Positions 25,547 to 34,297 are shown, counted from the first letter of the stretch. The stretch is 41,225 nucleotides of DNA from Anaerolineae bacterium (GCA_018056405.1 JAGPFT010000001.1:1-41225); one strand, 5' to 3'. The notes: a model not told the origin generated them from the letters alone. Made by a program: numbers and translations.

Positions 25547-26590
25547 ATGGTGAGTCTATCATCGCGCTCAAGGCCGCCGGAAAGGAACCAGGCATTGTTG
25601 ACACAGAAAAGGTGGCAAGCATTGGCCAGTTTCCGCATCGAAAAGAGCTTGCTTGCTGCTGTCCGGCATCTTCTCAGGCAGCGCACGCTGTTCATGCTGA
25701 TCGTCCTGTGCGTGGTAGTCGGCTATCTGCTGCCCGTGTTTCTGACCACGCAGAATCTCCTGAATGTGCTGCGCCAGGTGTCTATCACGAGCATCGTCGC
25801 TGTCGGCATGACCTTTGTGATCATCACGGGCGGTATTGACATCTCGGTGGGTTCGACCGTTGCGCTGTCCGGCGTTGTGGTAGCCTATGCGCTCCGCGAA
25901 GGATACGGCCTGGAAATCTCAATCGTCGCGGCGCTGATCGTGAGCACCGCCGCCGGGCTGCTGAATGGAGCGCTTGTTTCCTACGGCAAGGTCATGGCTT
26001 TCGTGGCAACGCTGGGCACCATGAACCTGTTCCGGGGCACGGCCCTGATCGTCACCAACGGGCAGGCGATCTGGGGGCTGCCCAAGGATTTCGTGCGCAT
26101 CGGCACCGGCTATGTCCTGGGAATCCCCATCCCAGTGATCATCACCTTCGTGATCTATATCTCCGGGCACCTGCTGCTGACTCGTTTCACGTTTGGGCGC
26201 TATACGCTGGCCATCGGCGGAGACGAGGAGGCGGCGCGGCTCTGCGGCGTGCGGGTGCAGCGGATCAAGTTGCTGACCTATGGCTTCTGCGGCCTCATGT
26301 CCGGCATCTCCGGGGTCGTGCTGGCCGCCAGGCTGGGCAGCGGACAGCCCAGCACCGGCACCGGCTACGAGCTGACGGCGATAGCCGCCGCCGTCATCGG
26401 CGGCAACTCCCTGTCGGGCGGGCACGGCACCGTGTGGGGCACCCTGCTGGGCGCGCTCATCCTGGGCGTGGTCAGCAATGCCCTCAACCTGTGGGGAGTC
26501 GCGTCATTCTACCAGACCGTTGTGACAGGCCTCATCGTCCTGACTGCCGTACTCGTGGACAAGCTGAGAAGAAAACCCAACAGCAAGTGA
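25547..26590 (+). CDS. Sugar ABC transporter permease (RbsC-like, BPD_transp_2)
   Basis: 347 aa. NLLNVLRQVSITSIVAVGMTFVIITGGIDISVGS and IGGNSLSGGHGTVWGTLLGALILGVV. Confidence 0.87.
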   Translation: MVSLSSRSRPPERNQALLTQKRWQALASFRIEKSLLAAVRHLLRQRTLFMLIVLCVVVGYLLPVFLTTQNLLNVLRQVSITSIVAVGMTFVIITGGIDISVGSTVALSGVVVAYALREGYGLEISIVAALIVSTAAGLLNGALVSYGKVMAFVATLGTMNLFRGTALIVTNGQAIWGLPKDFVRIGTGYVLGIPIPVIITFVIYISGHLLLTRFTFGRYTLAIGGDEEAARLCGVRVQRIKLLTYGFCGLMSGISGVVLAARLGSGQPSTGTGYELTAIAAAVIGGNSLSGGHGTVWGTLLGALILGVVSNALNLWGVASFYQTVVTGLIVLTAVLVDKLRRKPNSK

Positions 26591-26601
26591 GGGACAGAAT
26601 C

Positions 26602-27372
26602 ATGCTGGCAAGCGATGTTGACGCGAAGAAAGCGGTCGTCCGCATGGAGCACGTCACCAAGCACTTCGGTGGCGTATACGCCGTCAATGACGTGAGTTTT
26701 GACCTGTATGAAGGCGAGATTCTGGCGCTTGTCGGCGATAACGGGGCCGGCAAATCCACGCTGGTCAAGATTCTATCGGGGGCGCACCAGGCCGACGAAG
26801 GGACGATCTACATTCGCGGCAAGCAGGTGAAGATAGACAGCCCCATGGCTGCTCAGCAGCTTGGCATCGAGACCCTGTACCAGAACCTGGCGCTGATGAA
26901 CAACCTCGACATCACAGCGAATATCTTCATGGGCAGGGAAATCCGCCATCCTCTATTGGGATGGTTGGGCCTGATGAACCTGCGCGAGATGCGCGCCAAT
27001 GCGATGAACCTGCTCAACAGCTTCGACCTGGCAATTGACGATGTAGGCCGCAGCGTGAACTACCTTTCCGGCGGTCAGCGACAGATGGTCGCCATCAGCC
27101 GGGCCGTGTACTTCGAGGCGCAGATCATCATCATGGACGAGCCGACGGCGGCGCTGGGCGTAGCCGAGACGCGCAAGGTGTACGATTTTATCGAGAAACT
27201 GCGCGCCAATAAGCTGTCGGTGATCATCATCTCGCACAACATCAACGAGGTCTTCAACATCGCCGACCGTTTCATGATCCTCAAAACAGGGCGGCTGGTG
27301 GGCATCAAGCGCCGCGAAGAAACCAGCGTTGATGAGATCGTCACCATGATCATCTCCGGGCAAAAGGTATGA
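26602..27372 (+). CDS. Sugar ABC transporter ATP-binding protein, single nucleotide-binding domain (256 aa)
   Basis: Walker A GDNGAGKST, signature LSGGQRQ, Walker B IIIMDEPTAALG. ATG 26602 chosen because the ORF-track start at 26434 lies inside the permease gene. Confidence 0.88.
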   Translation: MLASDVDAKKAVVRMEHVTKHFGGVYAVNDVSFDLYEGEILALVGDNGAGKSTLVKILSGAHQADEGTIYIRGKQVKIDSPMAAQQLGIETLYQNLALMNNLDITANIFMGREIRHPLLGWLGLMNLREMRANAMNLLNSFDLAIDDVGRSVNYLSGGQRQMVAISRAVYFEAQIIIMDEPTAALGVAETRKVYDFIEKLRANKLSVIIISHNINEVFNIADRFMILKTGRLVGIKRREETSVDEIVTMIISGQKV

Positions 27373-27473
27373 TCACTGCCGGAGATGGGCGGATTCTGAG
27401 AGTGCCTGGCTGATTCGCCATCGCAACCGTCCAAGCCCGGCCTGCGTGGCCCGGAGTCATGTTGTTCCTCCCT

Positions 27474-27498
27474 GGGCGGGCCTTGCCGCAGGCCCGCC
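27474..27498 (+). terminator. GC hairpin about 100 nt downstream of the ATPase stop (candidate operon terminator, no U-tract)
   Basis: GGCGGGCC-ttgccgca-GGCCCGCC. Confidence 0.35.
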
Positions 27499-27694
27499 TA
27501 GTCACCAGAGAAGTCTCTCCATAACAGGAGCCAGGGGCGCGCTGCAAACGTAGCACATGCGGCGCTGCGCCTCCTCTCTCTGCTGCTGTTCTCCTCCTGC
27601 GACATCCGCACGCCTATGCGTTACCCACAAATGCCTCCCATCTCCCGGCTTCCGCGCTGCGCGGAGGGGAGGGGAGCAATCCTGCCGCTTTTCT

Positions 27695-28071
27695 TCCTTC
27701 CCCACCTGGTGGGGGAAGGACCGGGGTTAGGGGGGAACAGGCGTTGAGATCGGCTTATAGGCCGGGGCAGCTCTTCACTTTACCTCACCCCCGCTCGGCG
27801 CTGGCGCGCCTCACCGCAGGAGACTTCCGAAGTCTGGTTCTTGGCCGAGCGCAGCGAGGCCAGGGGGTGAGGGTGATCGTCGCCCTCTCAATGCTTCTCA
27901 CGCTGCTGGCCGCCCCGGAACCGCCAGCAGGGAGGGACTTGAGTCTGCGCCCCCTTTCCCCGCTCGCGGAGAAAGGGGGCCGGGAGGATAGGGGTTAGAA
28001 GGGCTTCTCCGAGGGTCTCTCGGTTCTTCTCCACGTCCTCTGCGCTTCAGGAATCTCGCCCCCATCGTGAG
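27695..28071 (+). repeat. Composite intergenic repeat A: hairpin/G-tail, ~90-nt long-palindrome module, hairpin/G-tail, GCTTCTC..GGTCTCT end, 60-nt module
   Basis: TCCTTCCCC...GGGGAAGGA (27695-27720). CCTCACCCCC (27783-27792) pairs with GGGGGTGAGG (27863-27872) and has nested GCTCGGC/GCCGAGC and GACTTCCGAAGTC palindromes. CCCCCTTTC/GAAAGGGGG at 27950-27979. 28013-28071 matches 31-90. The whole unit is collinear with 28990-29310. Confidence 0.8.
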
Positions 28072-28199
28072 GTGCGCCCTTCAGGACGGCCCCACCAAAT
28101 CCGCCAACTCATGCTATTTGTCACTATTCTTGATCGGGATTCTGCCCGTAAGATACAAGTTGTTCGACAAATAGACAACTCTTCTTCCAGGGTGCGACT

Positions 28200-28928
28200 G
28201 TGCCTATTAGACGACCTGCCCCCTTATCCAAGAGCGTAGCCAGCGCCCTGCGCCAGCGCCTCCAGCGGGAGTACGCCAGTGGGGGACGCCTGCCTTCCGA
28301 GCCGGAGATCGCCAGCGAGTATGGCGTCAGTCGCGGCACCGTCCGCGACGCGCTGGCCGTGCTGGAACGCGAAGGGGCGATCTTCCGCCGCCAGGGGTCC
28401 GGCACCTACGCCAACCAGTACGCCCTGCGCATCCAGGCCCACGTCGAGACTGCCTACGAGTTCACTGAGCTGATCGGCCAGGCGGGTTACGCGCCTTCCA
28501 TCCAGCCGATCTCCGTCGAACGCAAGCCGCTGCCAGACGACATCGCCGAACGGCTGGGCCGCGACGCAGGCGCTGAGGCGCTCTTCGTGAGCAAGCTCTT
28601 CCTGGCCGATGGCAACCCCGCTATCTACTGCGTGGATGTCCTGCCCGCCGACCTGATCCGCGCGCCCTATGAACCGGCGGAACTGCACGCCCCCATCTTC
28701 GACTTTCTGCGCCGGCGCTGTGACGAGACGATCACCCACTGCCTGGCCGAGATCGTCCCCCAGGCTGTGGATGGCGATCTGGTGGCGATCCTGTCTGTGC
28801 CCGCCGGCGCGGCGATTCTGCGTTTTGATGAGGTCGCTTTCAACAGGTTGAACAAACCTGTTTTATTTTACCGGGCGTATTATCGAGATGAGTACGTGCG
28901 CTTCTCGGTGCTGCGCAAAAAAGTGTGA
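28200..28928 (+). CDS. GntR-family transcriptional regulator, HutC/UTRA subfamily
   Basis: 242 aa, GTG start. Winged helix LPSEPEIASEYGVSRGTVRDALAVLEREGAIFRRQGSGTYA and a C-terminal UTRA-like effector domain. Confidence 0.85.
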   Translation: MPIRRPAPLSKSVASALRQRLQREYASGGRLPSEPEIASEYGVSRGTVRDALAVLEREGAIFRRQGSGTYANQYALRIQAHVETAYEFTELIGQAGYAPSIQPISVERKPLPDDIAERLGRDAGAEALFVSKLFLADGNPAIYCVDVLPADLIRAPYEPAELHAPIFDFLRRRCDETITHCLAEIVPQAVDGDLVAILSVPAGAAILRFDEVAFNRLNKPVLFYRAYYRDEYVRFSVLRKKV

Positions 28929-28931
28929 AAG

Positions 28932-29291
28932 GCGTTTGAGAAGTGGCTCTCCTCACCCCAAACCCCTCCCCCACAAGGAGGTCAGGGGCGGACAGGTGTT
29001 GAGATCGGCTTATCGTCTGGGGCGGCTCTTTACTTTACCTCACCCCCGCTCGGCCTACTGACGCGGGCCTCGCCGCCCCTTCTCCGTCAACGGAGAGGGG
29101 GAAAGGCCGGGGGCGGGGCGAGGCCAGGGGGTGAGGTTAAGCGAGCGCCCTCTCAATGCTTCTCACGGTGCTGTCCGCCCCTGAACCCACAAGGAGGGAA
29201 GGGCCTGGAGTGCGCGCTTTTCTCCCTTCTCCCCTTGTGGGGGAAGGGCCGGGGATGGGGGGCAAACGGAGGTGCGGGACTTCTCAGACGG
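28932..29291 (+). mobile_element. Composite MITE-like repeat B (~360 bp) with inverted ends related to those of 20005-20152
   Basis: Left end GCGTTTGAGAAG (28932-28943), 4 nt after the GntR stop. Right end CTTCTCAGACGG (29280-29291), 10/12 complementary. Inside are the long-palindrome module CCTCACCCCC (29038-29047) / GGGGGTGAGG (29127-29136) and the hairpin CCCTTCTCCCC-ttgt-GGGGGAAGGG with tail CCGGGGATGGGGGG (29224-29262). Confidence 0.6.
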
Positions 29292-29340
29292 TCTCCGATC
29301 TCTGCGGTCTCCGCAACTTTCTAGAGAGGAACTGGTGCGC

Positions 29341-31095
29341 ATGATCTCCATTTCGCAGCGTCAAGACCTGATCCAGGCCGCCCAGGGGCACCAACCGCTC
29401 GACCTGCTCATTCGCAATGTCCGGTTGGTCAACGTCTACACCGGGCGCATCGAGCCGGCAGCGCTCGGCGTCCGGCACGGGCGCATCGTCTCGTTGGACG
29501 CCGGGGACTTCGAGACGGTGCAGACGTTCGACGCGGGCGGGCAGTATGCCATGCCGGGCTTCATTGACACGCACATCCACGTGGACTCCACGCTGATCAT
29601 CCCGGAAAACCTGGCTTCACTGATCGTCCCCGGTGGCACGACGGCCCTGTTCGTGGATCCGATGGAGATCGCCAACGTGGCCGGGCTGGCGGGCATGGAA
29701 GCGCTGCTGGCGAGCATGGCTGCCCTGCCCTACCACATCCTGATCGAGGTGTCGTCGCGCGTGCCCACCGCGCCCGGCCTGGAGACGGCGGGCGGCGAGC
29801 TAGACCTGAACGCCGTGCGCCGCGTGCTGGGCTGGGAGGCGTGCGTCAGCCTGGGCGAACTGGACCCGTCGAAGGTGCTCGGCCTGCGCGACGAGTACCT
29901 GGCCAAAGTGGAAGCGGCTCACGCCCTCAACAAGATCGCCAACGGGCACGCCGCCGGGCTGATGGGCCACGCGCTGGCCGGGTACGCTTGCGGTGGGCTG
30001 GCCGACGATCACGAGGCAGTAGACTACGAGCAGGCGCTGGCCCGGCTGCGCCTGGGGATGCCCGTGCTGGTGCGCGACGGCAGCACCGAGCGCAACCTGG
30101 AATTGATCCTGACCGGCGTCGTGCGCGAAGGGCTGGACACGCGCCACCTGATGTTTTGCACCGACGACAAACACCCCGACGACATCCGCGACGAGGGACA
30201 CATTGACTACCTGGTCAACCGGGCCATCGCCCTGGGCGTGCCGCCGATGCAGGCGATCCAGATGGCCACAGTCAACGCCGCCGTGCACTTCCGCGTGGAT
30301 CACCTGCTGGGCAGCCTGGCCCCCGGTCGCTGGGCGGATATTGTCCTGGCCCCCAGCCTGGAGACAATCCGGCCCAGCCACGTCTTCTTCAAGGGCGCGC
30401 CGGTCGCCCAGGGCGGCGTGCTGACCGTCCCACTGCCGCCCGCTAGCTATCCCGACTGGATTCGTCACACGGTCAGCGTGCAGCGCGGCATGGCGGCGGA
30501 CGACTTCCGGCTGGACGCGCCAGGGCCGTCGGCCCGCGTGCGGGTGATCGAGCTATACCCCGACCAGATTATCAACGAGATCGGCGAGGCGACCGTTCCC
30601 GTCGTGGAGGGCAGCGCCATCGCCGACCCAGCCCAGGACGTGCTGAAAATCGCCGTCGTCGAGCGGCATGGCAAGAACGGCAATATTGGTGTAGCCTTCG
30701 TGCGCGGCTTCGGCCTGAAGCGAGGCGCGCTGGCGTCGTCGGTGGCCCACGATCACCACAACATCATTGTCGCCGGCGTGGACGAGGCGGACATGGCCGC
30801 CTGCGTGCGCGCCATTCAGGACATGCAGGGCGGGCTGGCGATTGCCGCCGACGGTGCAGTGCTGGGCACGCTGCCGCTGCCGGTAGGCGGCCTGATGAGC
30901 GAAGCGCCCGTCGAGAACGTGATCGCCAACCTGGAAGCGATCACCGCCGTCGCCCACGAGCTAGGCTGCACGCTGCCCGCGCCGTTCATGACCATCTCGT
31001 TTATCTCTCTGCCGACCGTCCCCGAACTGGGGCTGACGGATAGGGGCCTGGTCAGCGTGCGCAATCACGCGCTGATCAGCCCCTTCGTTGAATGA
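29341..31095 (+). CDS. ade: Adenine deaminase (amidohydrolase superfamily)
   Basis: LLIRNVRLVNVYTG, PGFIDTHIHVDS (HxH), GGTTALFVDPMEIANV, SVAHDHHNIIVAG, and a C-terminal adenine-deaminase domain. ATG 29341 chosen because the 29272 extension lies in a repeat. Confidence 0.8.
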   Translation: MISISQRQDLIQAAQGHQPLDLLIRNVRLVNVYTGRIEPAALGVRHGRIVSLDAGDFETVQTFDAGGQYAMPGFIDTHIHVDSTLIIPENLASLIVPGGTTALFVDPMEIANVAGLAGMEALLASMAALPYHILIEVSSRVPTAPGLETAGGELDLNAVRRVLGWEACVSLGELDPSKVLGLRDEYLAKVEAAHALNKIANGHAAGLMGHALAGYACGGLADDHEAVDYEQALARLRLGMPVLVRDGSTERNLELILTGVVREGLDTRHLMFCTDDKHPDDIRDEGHIDYLVNRAIALGVPPMQAIQMATVNAAVHFRVDHLLGSLAPGRWADIVLAPSLETIRPSHVFFKGAPVAQGGVLTVPLPPASYPDWIRHTVSVQRGMAADDFRLDAPGPSARVRVIELYPDQIINEIGEATVPVVEGSAIADPAQDVLKIAVVERHGKNGNIGVAFVRGFGLKRGALASSVAHDHHNIIVAGVDEADMAACVRAIQDMQGGLAIAADGAVLGTLPLPVGGLMSEAPVENVIANLEAITAVAHELGCTLPAPFMTISFISLPTVPELGLTDRGLVSVRNHALISPFVE

Positions 31096-31251
31096 GCGCC
31101 AAGGAGGTGAGCCGCAGCGCACCACGCGCCAACAGAACAGCAGCGTTCGTTTGAGATCTCCAAGCTCCATCCCCTTCATTGGCCCTGACCTGCCCCGGCA
31201 GCCAGGGAAACGCGCAGCGTATGTGCATGTAGAAGAAAGGCAGTTTAACCC

Positions 31252-32265
31252 ATGAAAACCCGCAGTCTGATGACGCTCATCCTGGTCGTGGGCATCCTGG
31301 TCGCGGCGCTTCCTGCTGCGGCCCAGACGGAGCTGCCCAAAGTGAGAGTGGCGCTGATCCTGCCTGGTCGCGCTGACGATGTGTCGTGGAACCAGGCATC
31401 GTTTGAGGGCATGAACGCCGCCGTCGAAGCTCTGGAAGAGACCATAGAGGTCGAGCTGACAATCGTCGAGCAGGTCTACGATCCGGTGGACATCGAGCCG
31501 GCGCTGCTCGACTATGCGCAGCAGGAATACGACCTGATCGTCGGTCACGGCTTCCAGTTCCAAGAGCCGATCATCAAAGTGGCCGAGCAGTTCCCCGATG
31601 TGAACTTCGCCATCGGCACCGGCTACAAGTTGGCCCCCAATGTGGGCGTCTATGATGTCAAGCTGGAGCAAGGCGGCTACCTGATGGGCCTCATGGCCGG
31701 CTATCTGACCGAATCCAACATCGTCGGCGTGGTCGGCGGCGTGGATGTGTCGGAGATTCATCGCGGGCATGTCGCCTTCGTGCTAGGCGCAGAGGCAGCC
31801 AACGAGGATGTCACGGCACTGAGCAACTTCGTCGGCGACTTCAACGACCTGGCCGGGGCGAAGGAAGCCGCGCTCAGCCAGATCAAGGCGGGCGCTGATG
31901 TGCTGTGGCAGAGCGGTGACGGCGTCGGCATTGCCGTGATGGGAGCGTGCGCCGAAGAGGACGTTCTGTGTATGGGCAACGTCGCCAACCAGAACGACAT
32001 CGCCCCGGAGAACGCGCTGGCCAGCTTTGTCTACAACTGGGGCCCGGTGTACCAGACGATGATCGAGCAGACAGCCGAGGGGACCTTCGGCGACCAGTTC
32101 TACTGGATCGAGTTCGCCAATGAGGGCGTCTCGATTGTCTACAACGAAGACCTGATCGAAGACTACATCACCGAAGAACTGCAAGAGGTGCTGGACGAGG
32201 CCATCGAGGGTTTCGTCGAGGGCACGCTCGACCTGGGCGACCTGGACACTTACAAGCTGGAGTAA
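31252..32265 (+). CDS. BMP-family (Med/PnrA-like) ABC transporter substrate-binding protein, probable purine nucleoside/base binder
   Basis: 337 aa with a signal-like N-terminus. KVRVALILPGRADDVSWNQASFEG, DLIVGHGFQFQEP, VVGGVDVSEI. Confidence 0.8.
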   Translation: MKTRSLMTLILVVGILVAALPAAAQTELPKVRVALILPGRADDVSWNQASFEGMNAAVEALEETIEVELTIVEQVYDPVDIEPALLDYAQQEYDLIVGHGFQFQEPIIKVAEQFPDVNFAIGTGYKLAPNVGVYDVKLEQGGYLMGLMAGYLTESNIVGVVGGVDVSEIHRGHVAFVLGAEAANEDVTALSNFVGDFNDLAGAKEAALSQIKAGADVLWQSGDGVGIAVMGACAEEDVLCMGNVANQNDIAPENALASFVYNWGPVYQTMIEQTAEGTFGDQFYWIEFANEGVSIVYNEDLIEDYITEELQEVLDEAIEGFVEGTLDLGDLDTYKLE

Positions 32266-32277
32266 GCCTTAACAGCG

Positions 32278-32306
32278 GGGGAAGGCGGGGAATATGCGCC
32301 TTCCCC
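32278..32306 (+). terminator. 10-bp hairpin after the BMP SBP gene, followed by TTGTTGGGG
   Basis: GGGGAAGGCG-gggaatatg-CGCCTTCCCC, 13 nt after the stop. Confidence 0.45.
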
Positions 32307-32533
32307 TTGTTGGGGTCGTCAGGGATCAGTCGTCAGGTCGCAGCCCTTAGTTCGCAGGGCCAGACTCCCGAGTCTGCGCAGACTTCGGAAGCCCCAAGCA
32401 TGGCCGCCAGGTCTGAGATACTGCGAGCATTGGAAACTCCCCTGATCCCTGCAACCGATCAGGGCAGTCACAGCAAAATCCGCCGCGTGTCAGCCTGCTC
32501 GTAGGGGCGCATCGCCATACGTCCCTACGGGGA

Positions 32534-32627
32534 CTTCACCCCCGCCCGGCCCACTGATGCGGGCCTCGCTGCCCCCTCTCCATGTTGAAGAGGGGGCGAG
32601 CCGGGCGCAGCGAGGCTGGGGATGAGG
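32534..32627 (+). repeat. Third copy of the ~95-nt long-palindrome module, inside the ABC operon spacer
   Basis: CTTCACCCCCGCCCGGCCCACTGATGCGGGCCTCGCTGCCCCCTCTCC...GAGGGGGCGAGCCGGGCGCAGCGAGGCTGGGGATGAGG is collinear with 29038-29136. Confidence 0.75.
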
Positions 32628-32698
32628 TAGAACAACGCGCACGTTTGATGCAATCGCCCTGGACAACCAATCTGCTCGCACGCGCGAATGAGGAGCCT

Positions 32699-34297
32699 AT
32701 GATCACCGTACAGATGCGCGGCATCACCAAGCGCTTCCCCGGCGTGACGGCCAACGAAAATGTGGACCTGGATTTGTATGCCGGTGAGGTGCACGGCCTG
32801 CTGGGTGAGAACGGCGCCGGCAAGACCACCCTGATGAACATCCTCTTCGGGCTGTACCAGCCGGACGCGGGCGAGATTCGGGTGCACGGGGAAGCCGTCT
32901 CGATTCGCTCCCCTGCCGACGCCATCGCCCAGGGCATTGGCATGGTTCACCAGCACTTCAAACTGGTCCCGCCCTTCACCGTCACCGAAAACGTCATCCT
33001 CGGCCTGGGCGGTTGGGGGTTCATTGACCTGGCGGACGCTCAGCGCCAGATCGCCGAGGTAGCCGCCCAGTACGGCCTGGAGGTAGACCCCACGGCGCGC
33101 GTGCAGACGCTCTCGGTCGGTGCGCAGCAGCGCGTGGAGATTCTCAGCAGCCTGTACCGGGGCGCGGACGTGCTCATTCTTGACGAGCCGACCGCCGTCC
33201 TGACCCTGCAAGAAGCCGAGAGCCTGGCCGCGACTCTGCGCCGTATGGCCGAGCTTGGCAAAACGATTGTCTTCATCAGCCACAAGCTGGACGAGGTGCT
33301 GAAGGTGACTGATCGCGTCACCGTGCTGCGCGCCGGGCGCGTGGTGTACGGGGCCATGACCCGCGACACGAACAAAGCCACTCTGGCCCGCGAGATGATC
33401 GGGCGCGAACTGACCGCCCTGTACGCCGACCAGCAGGCCGAAGTGCTGGCCCTGGCTGGCGACGAAGAGGCCGTGCGTCGCCGGGACGTAGGTGACGCCG
33501 CCGCTAGAAGCAGCTCGCGCTGCCTGATCGAGGTGCGCGACCTGCACGTGCGCGACGACCGCGACCTGCCCGCCGTGCGCGGCATCAGCTTTCAGGTGCA
33601 TGGGGGCGAAATCCTGGGCATCGCCGGGGTGGACGGCAACGGACAGCGCGAACTGGTGGAGGCGATCACCCGCGTGCGGCCTGTGCAGAGCGGCCAGGTC
33701 CTGATCGCCGGAGAAGACGCCACCCGCTGGAAGGCACGCAAGTTCATCAAGCACAACGCCGCCTACATCAGCGACGACCGCCAGGGCGATGGGCTGATCC
33801 TCAGCTTTGATCTCAGCCGCAATGCCACGCTCAAGGTCTTCGACCGGGCACCTTACGCGCGGGGCGGGCTGCTCAATTCCCGCGTCATTGTGCAGTTCAC
33901 CCGCAGGCTGCTCACCAATTTCGACGTGCGTGCGCCCGGCCCGCACGTCCCGGCGGGCACACTTTCCGGCGGCAACCAGCAAAAGCTGATCCTGGCCCGC
34001 GAGTTCAGCCAGCAGCCATGCCTGATCGTCGCCAACAAGCCGACGCGCGGCCTGGATATTGGCGCGACGGCTTACGTCCACGACAAGCTGCTCGAAGAAC
34101 GCGCGCGCGGCACGGCGGTACTGCTCGTCTCGTCCGATCTGGACGAGATTCTGCTGCTCAGTGACCGCGTGCTGGTCATGTACAACGGGCAGGCGATGGG
34201 CATCCTGGGGCGCGGCGAAGCCGATCCGCAGACATTGGGGCTGTTGATGGCCGGCACGCCGCTGGCCGAGCTATCGGCGCAGGAGACCACATCATGA
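32699..34297 (+). CDS. ABC transporter ATP-binding protein with two fused NBDs (BMP/nucleoside-type)
   Basis: NBD1: GENGAGKTT, LSVGAQQRVEI, VLILDEPTA. NBD2: GVDGNGQRE, LSGGNQQKL, LIVANKPTRGLD. ATG 32699 has GAGGAG at 32690-32695; the upstream part of the ORF-track entry lies in a repeat. Confidence 0.88.
   Translation: MITVQMRGITKRFPGVTANENVDLDLYAGEVHGLLGENGAGKTTLMNILFGLYQPDAGEIRVHGEAVSIRSPADAIAQGIGMVHQHFKLVPPFTVTENVILGLGGWGFIDLADAQRQIAEVAAQYGLEVDPTARVQTLSVGAQQRVEILSSLYRGADVLILDEPTAVLTLQEAESLAATLRRMAELGKTIVFISHKLDEVLKVTDRVTVLRAGRVVYGAMTRDTNKATLAREMIGRELTALYADQQAEVLALAGDEEAVRRRDVGDAAARSSSRCLIEVRDLHVRDDRDLPAVRGISFQVHGGEILGIAGVDGNGQRELVEAITRVRPVQSGQVLIAGEDATRWKARKFIKHNAAYISDDRQGDGLILSFDLSRNATLKVFDRAPYARGGLLNSRVIVQFTRRLLTNFDVRAPGPHVPAGTLSGGNQQKLILAREFSQQPCLIVANKPTRGLDIGATAYVHDKLLEERARGTAVLLVSSDLDEILLLSDRVLVMYNGQAMGILGRGEADPQTLGLLMAGTPLAELSAQETTS

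Noticed and set aside
27744-27998. 84-aa ORF in the intergenic region, and the similar 62-aa ORF at 29156..29344
   Set aside because: Both are read-throughs of the composite repeats A and B. Their similarity is explained by DNA-level repeat homology. They lack a ribosome-binding site, and the palindromic content gives equally long ORFs on the other strand.
2459-29262. Possibility that the recurring hairpin units form a CRISPR array
   Set aside because: The copies are scattered over 27 kb in both orientations, separated by genes rather than uniform spacers. The units are variable, and there are no cas genes.
31096-31251. Search for a purine riboswitch upstream of the BMP SBP gene, and at 28929-29340 upstream of adenine deaminase
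   Set aside because: I could not find the conserved purine-riboswitch junction and loop sequences (UAUAAU...GGAUAUGG...CCGUAAAU type) on either strand. The regions are explained by repeats and ordinary leaders.
32525-34081. 518-aa minus-strand ORF
   Set aside because: It is antisense to the two-NBD ABC ATPase, whose Walker and signature motifs are all on the plus strand. The same reasoning applies to minus-strand ORFs 3024..3767, 10368..11420, 14068..15057, 15038..16000, 34803..35813, 36458..37549 and 37567..38415.
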